Assembly: GCA_963707025.1 (NCBI GenBank)
Contig: CAVPOM010000006.1
Location: 352,001 to 416,000, forward strand
Length of the DNA stretch: 64,000 bases
Direction: 5' to 3'
Origin: an uncultured Verrucomicrobiae bacterium
GTDB taxonomy: Bacteria > Verrucomicrobiota > Verrucomicrobiia > Limisphaerales > Palsa-1400
Position 1 is the first letter of the stretch. Each line of letters begins with the position of its first letter. The translations under genes and the position numbers were made by a program. Below, piece after piece: positions 39,741 through 58,438 of this stretch. The notes under the pieces are model-generated. The model was not told where the DNA came from and searched no databases. It worked only from the letters and a program-made list of their open reading frames with translations.

Positions 39741-40446
39741 AGTTTGGAAATGCAGAATGAAGAATGCGGAATGAAGAAGGGGACAGGAAGTGCCCGCAGG
39801 CCGAAGTTCGGCTTCCAACGCACATTGACGCAGATATTCACTATAAATCCTTGATTTCGAGGGTCTTCGGCTTTCGATTGGACAGAGTTGGAGTTTGACC
39901 CCGTTTTCGGACGAACCGAACAGGTGGGTCATTTTGGCGCAACGTCTCCGCCTATTCTAATCGCAAGTTGTTTGTTTACAACAACTTACAAATCATTTTG
40001 GACATCCAAAAAATGGGTTCGTTTGGCAAAAACACCATAAATGCCGGCACCGATCTGTCTGGAAACAGGCTTTGCAAAATGCCGCTCGCACCAAACGTGG
40101 TTGGAGCAGGATAGCCCTCCTTATTCCGGCGCTTCCGTTTCGCTTCGTCTCTCACGCTAACAATTCTAGCATAGTTTCTATTCCTGTCCAGCGAAATTTT
40201 GTCCATGCCGGTTGCCGGAGCCTTGGTTGTCAGCGGCGGTGAGGACGGGATGCAATCCTGGCGGTTGACAATGGATCGAGGGCTTTTCGCCGGAGTCGGC
40301 ATGAATTGTTAGCGCCGGTTTGAAAATGTGGTGAAAACGCCGATTTGAAAATGCAGGGGATTGGACGGGCCGGGCTGAATGGAATGGATTTTTGTGTTTT
40401 CATGAACGAACCGGCGGTTGTATATTAACGGCGTTCAGCACCTTAC

Positions 40447-40836
40447 ATGCGCAAGTGCATTGCTTGGATTATGTCGTTATTCTGCGCAGGATTCCTGGCG
40501 CTATTGGGTGGGGCGTGCCTTCATCGGCAGGCAATGGGGCGAGCGGCAATGTTCAACGCTCGCGTATTTCTTCAAAAGGCGTATGGCTCTTATCAGCACA
40601 CTGGTACGCTTCCGCAGCCTGACGGTAATGCGCGTCTCAGGATCGCCACCAACATGGTGGCTGTCGGGGCGACTAATTATCAGGCCGTTCTCGCGCTGGA
40701 TTGGCCCTATTTTTCGGGCGAGGGCACCCTTACTGTGACGAGCAATCAAGTGTTTCTTTGGTTGGACAACAAGCAGGGAGCGAAAGTGATCGATAACGAC
40801 TACAGGCCACCTTTATTTTCCCGAGGCCTATGGTGA
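40447..40836 (+). CDS. Hypothetical secreted/membrane protein, passenger inside the IS21 remnant
   Basis: 129 aa, hydrophobic N-terminus, lower GC; stop abuts the istB stop. Confidence 0.7.
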   Translation: MRKCIAWIMSLFCAGFLALLGGACLHRQAMGRAAMFNARVFLQKAYGSYQHTGTLPQPDGNARLRIATNMVAVGATNYQAVLALDWPYFSGEGTLTVTSNQVFLWLDNKQGAKVIDNDYRPPLFSRGLW

Positions 40837-41036
40837 CTAGGGCGTTTCGATCTGGTCTTTCATGCGGTAGCTCTTCCCATCGATGATCACGGTTTCAGCG
40901 TGGTGCAGGAGCCGGTCCAGCACAGCGCTGGTCAGGGTGCTGTCGTTGTTGAAGATTTTGGGCCAGTTTTTATAGGGCTGGTTGGTCGTGACGATGGTCG
41001 AACCGGTATCATACCGCTGGCTGAAGACTTGGAATA
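40837..41036 (-). pseudogene. istB: IstB (IS21 AAA+ helper) C-terminal fragment
   Basis: Translated by hand: LFQVFSQRYDTGSTIVTTNQPYKNWPKIFNNDSTLTSAVLDRLLHHAETVIIDGKSYRMKDQIETP*. Confidence 0.92.
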
Positions 41037-41130
41037 ATACCGTTTCCAGTTCGTAATTGCACTATTGCCAAGGCGATTGGCGGCGGTCGCAGACCGCCGC
41101 TACAGTGCAAAAGCAAACCGGAAAAGGTAT
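41037..41130 (-). mobile_element. 94-bp MITE-like element, copy 2 (inverted)
   Basis: Reverse complement of 24469-24562 with about 4 mismatches. Confidence 0.85.
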
Positions 41131-41208
41131 AAGTTGTGCATGGCGCGTGGCCATCAGAGCGAACACCACATAACGGACAGCGCCAGAGAAGCCATCATAG
41201 ACGCGCAC

Positions 41209-41237
41209 AAAAAAGCGGCGCTCACCGGAGCGCCGCT
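41209..41237 (-). terminator. rpoC terminator
   Basis: gcggcgctc-accg-gagcgccgc stem preceded by aaaaaa on the plus strand. Confidence 0.85.
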
Positions 41238-41258
41238 GCAAGTTGGCTGGATGATTTT

Positions 41259-45418
<4,160 letters not shown>

Positions 45419-45459
45419 ACGAATCGGAATTGCAGTGACTAATTGTGGACTTACGAGAC

Positions 45460-49344
<3,885 letters not shown>

Positions 49345-49568
49345 TTTGGACCTCTGGTCAATGGCTGGCATCCGGCCAGACTCGCTGGTTTAATCAAACG
49401 ACACAAGGCAGGCCGCCTGCCGTTCAACCGCGAACTTGCCGCAGCCGATTCACTCCCACTGCTGACTAATGTGCAACTTTTCTAATCTAGAAATCTCGCT
49501 GTTCACTGTTTAATGCCAGCCGGGGCGCGCGGCCTGGACCCGCCGCCCCGCCAGCGTCCGATCCTACT

Positions 49569-49955
49569 TTACTTGACTTCGACTTTGGCGCCCGCTTCTT
49601 CAAGCTTCTTCTTGGCCGCGTCGGAATCCGCCTTGTTGGCGCCTTCCAGCACCGGCTTGGGCGCGCCTTCCACCAGCGCCTTGGCTTCCGCCAGGCCCAG
49701 GCCGGCCTTCACTTCGCGGACCGCCTTGATGGTGGCAATCTTCTTGTCCGCCGGGGCAGAGACCAGGATCACGTCAAACGTGGTCTTGGCTTCCGCCGCC
49801 GGGGCGGCAGCGCCGCCAGCGCGGCAGCGGCGGCGACCGCGACCGGCGCGGCGGCGGAAACGCCCCATTTGGTTTCCAGTTCCTTCACCAGGTCGGCGGC
49901 TTCGATCACCGTCAAGTTGCTCAGTTCTTCTACGAGTTTTGCAATGTCTAGCCAT
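49569..49955 (-). CDS. rplL: 50S ribosomal protein L7/L12 (frameshifted consensus)
   Basis: [10 protein letters not shown]...[19 protein letters not shown]...[11 protein letters not shown]. Confidence 0.93.
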   Translation of the reverse strand: MARHCKTRRRTEQLDGDRSRRPGEGTGNQMGRFRRRAGRGRRRCRAGGAAAPAAEAKTTFDVILVSAPADKKIATIKAVREVKAGLGLAEAKALVEGAPKPVLEGANKADSDAAKKKLEEAGAKVEVK

Positions 49956-50032
49956 AACTTTACCTTTCATTCGTCTCGTCGTCGTCCACGGCCACGGACG
50001 CATTTTAAGTTCACGGCCCGCGAACCGACGAT

Positions 50033-50649
50033 TTACGTTGTTGTTTGTTTGTTTCCATTTCCGTCCGGCTTAGAACGGGGATGAAATTGTTTGACTGACT
50101 TCGCCGCCGGACCGTCACGGTCCTGCTTCGGCTCAGCTTTCTCGGCCTTCGGCCTTGATGCACCCGCGCCAGTTGCGCCGCCGGCGTGTTGAGCAGACGT
50201 CACCAGCTTGGTCGCCGGCGCGTTCAACAGGCCCAGCAGCTTGGCGCGCAACACTTCCATGCACGGCAAATCCGCCAGCGCCAGGATCGCCGCCTGCTTC
50301 GAGCCGCTGGTTGTTCAGATAGCCGAAATTGAACTTTCGGCTTGTCGAATTCCGCGCCGAAATTCTTGACGACCTTCGCGGCGGCGGAAATATCCTTCTG
50401 CCCGGTGACCACGGCCAATTGCCCGGCCAGCGTGCCGTTCAAATCGCCGACGCCGGCTTCCTTGGCGGCAATGCGGAACATGGAGTTCTTGACCACGTGA
50501 ATTTCCGCGCCCGCCTTGGCCAGGCGCTTGCGCAGTTCGGTCAGATGGGCCGACCTTCAGGCCCCTGGTAATCCACCACGATGAAGAACGGCGAGGCGTT
50601 CAGCCGCGCCACATATTCCTTCGTGATAAATTTGTTTTTCAGCACGCAT
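50033..50649 (-). CDS. rplJ: 50S ribosomal protein L10 (frameshifted; 3' end uncertain)
   Basis: [30 protein letters not shown]. Confidence 0.88.
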
Positions 50650-50679
50650 GATCTTAAATCCTCTCTGGTTCAGGCCGCT

Positions 50680-51370
50680 TGTTGGAATTCCTGCACGTCC
50701 ACCCGCACCGGCGGACTCATGGTCGCCGAAAGCGTGCAGCGTATGGATGTAAATGCCCTTGACACTGTGCGGCCGCGCCTTGGCCACGGCTTCGATCACC
50801 GCGCGGGCGTTTTCCTCGATCTGGTCCGGCGTGAACGACAGCCTTGCCGACGGGCACATGGACGTTGCCCGCCTTGTCCACCTTGAACTCGACGCGGCCG
50901 GCCTTGACTTCCTTCACCGCCTTGGCCGTGTCGTCGGTCACCGTGCCGGTCTTCGGGTTCGGCATCAGGCCGCGCGGCCCGAGCACTTTGCCGAGCTTGC
51001 GCACTTCGACCATCGCTTCGGGCGTGGCGACCGCCACGTCAAAATCCGCCCAGCCTTCCTGGCACTTTTTGATCATGTCTTCGAAGCCGACGTATTCCGC
51101 GCCCGCGGCCTTGGCCGCGTCGGCCGCCGCGCCGCTCTTGGCGAAGACGAGCACGCGGACGGTCTTGCCGCTGCCGTGCGGCAGCGGAACCGTGCCGCGG
51201 ACCATCTGGTCGGACTGCTTCGGGTCCACGCCGAGGCGGAACGCGAGGTCAATCGTCTCGTTGAATTTGGCCTTGGGGAATTTGGTCAGGACGTCGACGG
51301 CTTCCTTCAGCGGATAGGCTTTCTTGCCGTCCACCACTTCGAGCGCTTTCTTGTATCGTTTGCTTGGCAT
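50680..51370 (-). CDS. rplA: 50S ribosomal protein L1 (frameshift near 3' end)
   Basis: [46 protein letters not shown]. Confidence 0.95.
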
Positions 51371-51434
51371 TTATTTGGTTGCGGTGCAAGCGAGCTTTCG
51401 GCTCTCCCGCGGTTGATTGCTCTCAGGTTCCGGA

Positions 51435-51866
51435 TTACTTCACCGACGACTTCGATGCCCATGCTGCGGGCCGTGCCGGCAATGACCCGGAACGCCGCCT
51501 CTTCGGAAGTCGCGTTCAAATCCTTGGCCTTCATCTTCACGATGTCCAGGACCTGTTTGCGCGTCACTTTGCCGACCTTTTCCTTGTTCGGCTCCTTGGA
51601 GCCGGCGGTGATGCCGGCGGCTTTCTTCAGCAGGACGGACGCCGGCGGCGACTTGGTGATGAACGTGAACGACTTGTCCTGAAAAACCGTGATGACCACG
51701 GGAATCACCAGTCCCGCGTCGGTCCTTGGTCGCCGCGTTAAATTCCTTGCAGAAGCCCATGATGTTGACGCCGTGCTGGCCGAGCGCCGGGCCGACCGGC
51801 GGCGCGGGATTGGCCTGCCCCGCCGGAATCTGCAACTTAATCTGTCCTGTGATCTTTCTTTGCCAT
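51435..51866 (-). CDS. rplK: 50S ribosomal protein L11 (frameshifted)
   Basis: [43 protein letters not shown]. Confidence 0.95.
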
Positions 51867-51949
51867 AAAATTCTTAATATCGTGATGTTAACACGGATGA
51901 ACACGGATCGCCTCACGATTACGCTTCACTCCAATCCGAGTTCACTGTC

Positions 51950-52503
51950 TCACGCCTTTTTCCACCTGCCAATATTCCAGTTCCACCGGCGTATTGCGTC
52001 CGAAAATGTTCACGGTCACTTTCAGCTTGCCGCGCTCCGGCTCAATTTCCTCGATCACGCCGCTGAAATTCAGGAACGGCCCGTTGTTGATCTTGACCGT
52101 CTCGCCGACTTCAAAATTGACCTTGGGCTTCTCGGTCTCTTCGGACGCGGAAATCTGCGCCTTGATCGGCTCGACTTCCTCGGCCGGCGTCGGCGTCGGG
52201 CGGTTCGCCGCCGACAAAGCCGATCACGCCCTGCGTTTCCTTGATGAAATACCAGGGCTTCTCGATAATCCGGTTGTTCTCGTCCAGCAGCACCATGTCC
52301 ACAAACACATAGCCCGGCCACAGCTTGCGGCTGGACACCGTCTTTTTCTGGTTGCGCACCTCCACGACCTTTTCCATCGGCACCAGGACTTCTTTGATGA
52401 AGTCGCTGCATCTCGTCGGTCTTGATGCGCTTTTCGATGCTTTCCTTGACCTTCTGTTCCTGGCCGGAAAGCGTATGGATGACAAACCACTGGCTTTGCG
52501 CAT
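51950..52503 (-). CDS. nusG: Transcription termination/antitermination factor NusG (frameshifted)
   Basis: KLWPGYVFV, GVIGFVG, GPFLNFSG, VNIFGRNTPVELEYWQVEK. Confidence 0.93.
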
Positions 52504-52507
52504 GGTG

Positions 52508-52791
52508 CTAAATGCTTAAATAATGAACATGAACGATGCTGGACAGAATACCTAATCCACGCCGACGGTAAAGCCGCCGAGCAGCGCCATGGCGATGGTG
52601 ACCACCACGGTCGAACCTTTCAGCTCGTCCCAGGTCGGCCAGGTGCATTTCTTCAATTCTTCGCGCGTCTCCTGCACATAGTCGGCAAGCTGCAGGAAGT
52701 GGCCCTGCCACCAACAGCAGGCGCAAACGACCACCGATCGCGACCACACGATCCAAATTATCGCAATCGTTACTACATATCAATCATTCAT
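52508..52791 (-). CDS. secE: Preprotein translocase SecE (frameshifted)
   Basis: ETREELKKCTWPTWDELKGSTVVV. Confidence 0.88.
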
Positions 52792-52814
52792 GTCACAATC
52801 TGTCCATCATCGTC

Positions 52815-52903
52815 TGGCGGAGAGGGAGGGATTCGAACCCCCGTTGGCGGTTTCCCCAAGCGGTTTTCAAGACCGCCGCGATAGACCACTCTGCCACCTC
52901 TCC
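52815..52903 (-). tRNA. tRNA-Ser(UGA)
   Basis: GGAGAGG acceptor stem, anticodon loop CTTGAAA, long variable arm, GTTCGAATC, CCA end. Confidence 0.93.
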
Positions 52904-52990
52904 GCGACAGTGGACAGGCTGTCGCGTGACCCGTGACCGTATTCACCTCTGTTCTCATTCCCACATCCACTTATCACTCTTACCCGTCAT

Positions 52991-53066
52991 TGGCACGGCA
53001 GGAGGGACTTGAACCCCCAACCAACGGTTTTGGAGACCGCTACTCTACCAATTGAGCTACCGCCGT
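52991..53066 (-). tRNA. tRNA-Trp(CCA)
   Basis: ACGGCGGTAGCTCAATTGGTAGAG...CTCCAAA...GTTCAAGTC...CCA. Confidence 0.95.
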
Positions 53067-53145
53067 ATCCGCCCAATCTCGCTTCTGTTTCGGACAAAAA
53101 CGGAGCCGCGGGGTTCATCGCCCGCGCTCCCGAATTTGAAATCGC

Positions 53146-54336
53146 TCAGGCGACGACCTCCGTCACGCGCCCGGCGCCAATGGTGCGGCCGCCTTCGCGG
53201 ATGGCGAACCGCTGGCCTTTTTCCATCGCCACCGGCGCGATCACGTTCGATCTCCACCGAGACATTGTCGCCGGGCATCACCATTTCGACGCCCTGGGGC
53301 AGCGTCACCGTGCCCGTCACGTCCGTGGTGCGGAAATAAAATTGCGGACGATAGTTGGTGAAGAACGGCGTGTGCCGGCCGCCTTCTTCCTTCGACAGCA
53401 CATAAACTTCCGCCTTGAACTTCGTGTGCGGCGTGATGCTGCCGGGCTTGGCCAGCACCATGCCGCGCTCGACTTCGTCCTTCTTGGTGCCGCGCAGCAG
53501 CACGCCGACGTTGTCGCCCGCATTGCGCCGAATCCAGCAGCTTGCGGAACATTTCAATGTCCGTCGCCACCGTCTTGCGGGTGTCCTTCAAGCCGACGAT
53601 TTCCACGTCCTCCATGCGCTTGAGCACGCCGCGCTCCACACGGCCGGTCACCACCGTGCCGCGACCTTCAATGTTGAACACGTCTTCGATGCACATCAGG
53701 AACGGCTTGTCCACTTCGCGCGTCGGCAGCGGGATGAACGCGTCAATCGCGTCCAGCAATTCCTGGATGGACTTGTCGCCTTCGGGCTCTGCCCGCCAGC
53801 GCCTTCTTGGCGCTGCCGCGGATGATCGGGCGTCTTGTCGCCGGGAAATTCATACTTGGTGAGCAGGTCGCGGACTTCCATCTCCACCAGGTCCAGCAGT
53901 TCCGGGTCGTCCACCAGGTCCACCTTGTTCAGGTAAACCACGATGGCCGGCACGCCGACCTGGCGGGCCAGCAGCATGTGCTCCGGGTTTGCGGCATCGG
54001 GCCTTCGGAGGCGTCCACCACCAGGATGGCGCCGTCCATCTGCGCCGCGCCGGTGATCATGTTCTTGACAAAGTCGGCATGGCCGGGGCAATCAATGTGC
54101 GCATAGTGGCGGTCGTGGGATTCATACTCGACATGCGACACGGCGATGGTCACCGTCTTGGTCGTCGCGCACCGTGCCGCCCTTGGTGATGTCGGCGTAA
54201 GTCATGGGCGTGGCCAGGCCCTTTTTGCTTGGACCTCCACAATGGCGGCCGTCAGGGTGGATTTGCCGTGGTCAATGTGTCCGATGGTGCCGACGTTGAC
54301 GTGCGGTTTCGTTCGTTGAAATTGCTCTTTTGCCAT
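53146..54336 (-). CDS. tuf: Elongation factor Tu (frameshifted consensus)
   Basis: [63 protein letters not shown]. Confidence 0.95.
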
Positions 54337-54394
54337 TGATGATCTCCTGTGTTTTCTTGTTTTGTTAAAAACTCTGACAATTCATCCGGTTACA

Positions 54395-54470
<76 letters not shown>

Positions 54471-54597
54471 AAAAGCAAAAACGGCTCCATCCTGACTGTG
54501 CCGAAACGACAAAATACCACCAACCCCCGCCTTCTCGCGTGCGAAAAGGCCTCAGGGCCAATGTTTCTATGCTATTTCAAATCTGTAACCTGCTCGA

Positions 54598-54626
54598 AAC
54601 TTAAAGGCGGAGCCAGATTCTGTCAA
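54598..54626 (-). promoter_or_regulatory. sigma70 promoter of the tRNA-Thr/tuf operon, TTGACA-N17-TAAGTT
   Basis: Consensus -35 box and 17-nt spacer on the minus strand. Confidence 0.65.
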
Positions 54627-54806
54627 TGGTTTTTTTATTTATTTTTGCGTTTTCACTTGCTCCTGGGGCCGGAGGGTGTAGATTCCAGGACGTTAAGCGG
54701 GCTTTTAGGGGCCCCCCATTACTAATAGACGGAAAAAGTTGCGCCCTGAAAACAGGCTGATTTTGCCGAGATTTCAGGGAAAAGCGATTTTTTTCGCAAT
54801 TTACTG

Positions 54807-54835
54807 TTGCAATGGTTTGGCCGATTATCTATATT
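54807..54835 (+). promoter_or_regulatory. sigma70 promoter of the rpsL operon, TTGCAA-N17-TATATT
   Basis: Near-consensus boxes, AT-rich upstream, GC-rich discriminator ccgcg. Confidence 0.65.
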
Positions 54836-54890
54836 CCGCGTCCCGTTTCCCTGGGTGGGGAAATCGGGGGTGTAAAACGTGATTGCTCAA

Positions 54891-55367
54891 ATGCCGACGA
54901 TTAATCAACTGGTTCGTTTCGGACGAAGGAAATTGCGCAGCAAGTCCAAGGCCCCGGCCTTGCAGACTTCGCCTTACCGGCGGGGTGTCTGCATCCAGGT
55001 CATGACGCGCACCCCCAAGAAGCCCAATTCGGCCATGCGCAAAGTGGCCAAGGTGCGGCTGACCAACGGGTTTGAAATCATCGCCTACATCCCGGACGAG
55101 GGCCATAATTTGCAGGAGCACTCCATCGTGCTGGTGCGCGGGGGGCGCGTCAAGGATTTGCCCGGTGTCCGTTACCACATCGTTCGCGGCACCCTGGATG
55201 CCGCGGGGGTGGAGAAGCGCCGGGTGAGCCGGTCCAAATACGGGGTCAAACGGCCCAAGGTGGTCAAGGGCGCCAAGCCGGCCGCCGCGCCCGCCGCGCC
55301 TGCGCCCGCAGCGCCCGCGCCCGCGCCCGCCGCGCCTGGGCCCGCTGCGCCTGAAGTGAAAGCATAG
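54891..55367 (+). CDS. rpsL: 30S ribosomal protein S12 with Ala/Pro-rich C-terminal tail
   Basis: [32 protein letters not shown]. Confidence 0.98.
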   Translation: MPTINQLVRFGRRKLRSKSKAPALQTSPYRRGVCIQVMTRTPKKPNSAMRKVAKVRLTNGFEIIAYIPDEGHNLQEHSIVLVRGGRVKDLPGVRYHIVRGTLDAAGVEKRRVSRSKYGVKRPKVVKGAKPAAAPAAPAPAAPAPAPAAPGPAAPEVKA

Positions 55368-55373
55368 ATTGAT

Positions 55374-55847
55374 ATGTCCCGACGTCGCCGAGCAATTAAA
55401 AGGCTGCTGCTGGAAGACAGCAAATACCACAGCACACTGGTTTCGCGCCTGGTCAACACGGTGATGTCCAACGGCAAGAAAACGGTGGCCCAGCGCATTG
55501 TTTACGGGGCCTTTGACCATATTGCCACCAAGAATCCCAGCACCAATCCGCTGGAGATTTTGCAGCGGGCGGTGGACAACGCCAAGCCGCGCCTGGAAGT
55601 CAAGCCGCGCCGGGTGGGCGGGGCGACCTACCAAGTGCCGATGGAAGTGGCGACGGAGCGGCAGCTTTCCCTGGCCATGCGCTGGCTGGTGGATCTGGCC
55701 GACGCCCGCAAAGGGCTGGCCATGAAAGAGGCGCTGGCGGCGGAGATCATGGACGCCTTCCAAGGGCAGGGCAACGCCATCAGGAAACGCGACGAGGTGC
55801 ATAAAATGGCCCAGGCCAACAAGGCCTTCGCCCATTTCCGCTGGTAA
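55374..55847 (+). CDS. rpsG: 30S ribosomal protein S7
   Basis: RRVGGATYQVP, HKMAQANKAFAHFRW. Confidence 0.98.
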   Translation: MSRRRRAIKRLLLEDSKYHSTLVSRLVNTVMSNGKKTVAQRIVYGAFDHIATKNPSTNPLEILQRAVDNAKPRLEVKPRRVGGATYQVPMEVATERQLSLAMRWLVDLADARKGLAMKEALAAEIMDAFQGQGNAIRKRDEVHKMAQANKAFAHFRW

Positions 55848-55907
55848 GATTTATTGGCACAACGCCCCGACGATTTGAGGATCGGGGCATTTTTATTATT
55901 GACACAA

Positions 55908-58101
55908 ATGATCGAAGCCGCTTTAGACGACAAAAACGTGAATGTGAATTCGCCCAAAAGGCAATACACCATGGCGCGCACGCGCAACATTGGCATTGCC
56001 GCGCACATTGATGCTGGCAAAACCACCACCACCGAGCGCATCCTCTTTTACACGGGCCTCATTCACAAAATCGGCGACGTGGACGACGGCAACACGGTGA
56101 CCGACTGGATGGAGCAGGAGCGGGAACGGGGCATCACCATCACGGCGGCGGCGGTGACGTGCTACTGGACGCAGAAGCCGGAGGAGGGCCTGGCCAAGCT
56201 CTGTGCCACCATCCCCCACCGGATTAATATCATTGACACTCCCGGCCATGTGGATTTCACGGCCGAGGTGGAGCGCTCCATGAGCGTCCTGGACGGGGCG
56301 GTGGCGGTGTTCTGCGCCGTGGCCGGAGTGCAGCCCCAGTCCGAGACGGTCTGGCGCCAGGCGACCAAGTACCGAGGTGCCGCGCATCGCTTTTGTCAAC
56401 AAGATGGACCGCATCGGCGCCAATTTTGAAAACGCCCTCAACGACATGCGCAAAAAGCTCAACGCCTACGCCTATCCCGTCTTCCTGCCCATCGGGGCGG
56501 AGGACGTTTTTGAGGGCGTGATTGACGTGGTCAACCAGAAGGCCATCACCTGGGGGACGGGCGAGGTGGTGCGCGAAGGTTTGCAGTACGAGATCCAGGA
56601 AATCCCGCGGGCCTTGCAGGCCAGGGCCCAGGCCGCCTTGAGCGAATTGGTGGATGCCGTCTCGAACAAGGACGACGAAATCGCCACCCTGGTTATTGAA
56701 GACAAGCCGGTGGAACCGCTGGTTTTGAAGGCGGCCATCCGGCGGCTGACTTGCCGCAATGAGTTTGTGCCCGTCCTGTGCGGTTCGGCTTTCAAGAAAA
56801 AAGGGGTGCAGGCCCTGGTGGACGCGGTGGTGGATTACCTGCCCAGCCCGCTGGACATTCCACCGGCCGAAGGGACCGAACCGGGCACGGACAATGTGGT
56901 GCAGGTGGAAGCCGACGACAACGGGAAATTCTGTTCCCTGGCCTTTAAATTATGGACGGATGTCTATGCGGGCAAGCTGGTGTTTTTCCGGGTTTATTCG
57001 GGGCAATTGCACAAGGGCGACACCATCTACAATGCCCGCACCCGCAAACGCGACCGGGTCAGCCGGCTCATGATCATCCAAGGCAGCGAGCGCAAGGACG
57101 TGGACACCGTTTTTTCCGGCGACATCGCCGCCCTGGTCGGACTGCGCCACATCATCACCGGAGACACCTTGTGCGACGAGGATTTTGACGTGACCCTGTT
57201 TCCGCCCACCTTCCCCGAACCGGTCATCAGCATGGCGGTGGAGCCCAAGACCAAGGCGGACCGGGAGAAATTGGGCGAAGGCTTGCAGCGTCTGGCGGAA
57301 GAAGACCCGACTTTCCGCTGTTTTACCAACGAGGAAACCAGCCAGTTGATCATCGCCGGCATGGGCGAGTTGCATCTGGAAATCATTGTGGACCGGCTCA
57401 AGCGCGAGTTCAAAGTGGACGCCGCCACCGGCGCGCCGCAAATTGCCTACCGCGAGACGATCACCGCCTCGGCCGAGGGCGAGGGCAAATACATCAAACA
57501 ATCCGGCGGCCGCGGCCAATACGGGCATGCCTGTGTCCGGGTGTCTCCCAACGAAAAGGGCAAGGGCGTGGAAATCCTCAACAAGATCGTGGGCGGGGCC
57601 ATTCCCAGGGAATTCATTCCGCCGGTGATTGACGGGATTGAAGAAGCCTGCAAGAGCGGGGTTTACGCCGGCTACCAGGTCATTGACATCAAGGTGGAGA
57701 TCACCGACGGGTCCTTCCACGAGGTGGATTCCAACGAGATGGCCTTCAAAATGGCCGGCATATTCGCGCTCAAAGACGCCTTTAAAAGGGCCAAGCCGAT
57801 CGTGCTGGAACCGATCATGAAGGTGGATCTGGTCACGCCGGAAGAGTATCAGGGCGACCTGGTCGGGGACGTGACGCGGCGGCGCGGGACAATCCATAGT
57901 ATTGACTCGAAGGGCGGCCAGGCCACCGTCTGCGCCGATGTGCCCTTGAAGGAAATGTTCGGCTACGCCACCGCCATCCGCTCCCTCTCCAAGGGCCGGG
58001 CCTCCTATTCCATGGAACCCTTGACCTTTGCCCAGGTTCCAGCCAGTATTCTGACGGCGATTCTGGACGAAGCCGGCAAACGGCCGGGGGCGAGAAGCTG
58101 A
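55908..58101 (+). CDS. fusA: Elongation factor G (single +1 indel near 56373)
   Basis: [24 protein letters not shown], then FVNKMDR in another frame, [16 protein letters not shown]. Confidence 0.96.
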
Positions 58102-58125
58102 AACCATTAACCTTGTTCTTTTTAT

Positions 58126-58434
58126 ATGGCTGGACAACGCATTCGCATTCGACTCAAGGCCTTTGACCACCGGGTCATTGACCAGTCGGCGCACGAAATC
58201 GTCGAGACGGTCAAACGCACCGGCGCCCGGGTGGCAGGCCCCATACCCCTCCCCACCCGCATCGAGCGGTTTACCGTGCTGCGCTCGCCGCATTCGGACA
58301 AGAAATCGCAGGAAACTTTCGAGCAGCGCACGCACAAACGGCTGCTCGACATCATTGAACCAACCGCCAAAACGGTGGATGAACTCAAGAAGCTCAATCT
58401 GCCGGCCGGCGTGGACATTACCATCAAGATTTGA
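58126..58434 (+). CDS. rpsJ: 30S ribosomal protein S10
   Basis: [25 protein letters not shown]. Confidence 0.98.
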   Translation: MAGQRIRIRLKAFDHRVIDQSAHEIVETVKRTGARVAGPIPLPTRIERFTVLRSPHSDKKSQETFEQRTHKRLLDIIEPTAKTVDELKKLNLPAGVDITIKI

Positions 58435-58438
58435 CTTT

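Larger units (their letters stand above)
40307..41036 (-). mobile_element. Truncated IS21-family element (one end + passenger ORF + istB 3' part)
   Basis: TGT terminus at 40307 with tandem cgccg(g/a)tttgaaaatg repeats, plus an IstB fragment. Confidence 0.8.

Noticed and set aside
39976..40302. 108-aa ORF ending in FLPNEPIF
   Set aside because: Its end is just the translation of the aaatgggttcgtttggcaaaaa repeat motif; no other coding support.
52815..52903. Selenocysteine or UGA-suppressor tRNA
   Set aside because: The anticodon is UGA (reads UCA, Ser), not UCA; the acceptor stem is a normal 7 bp.
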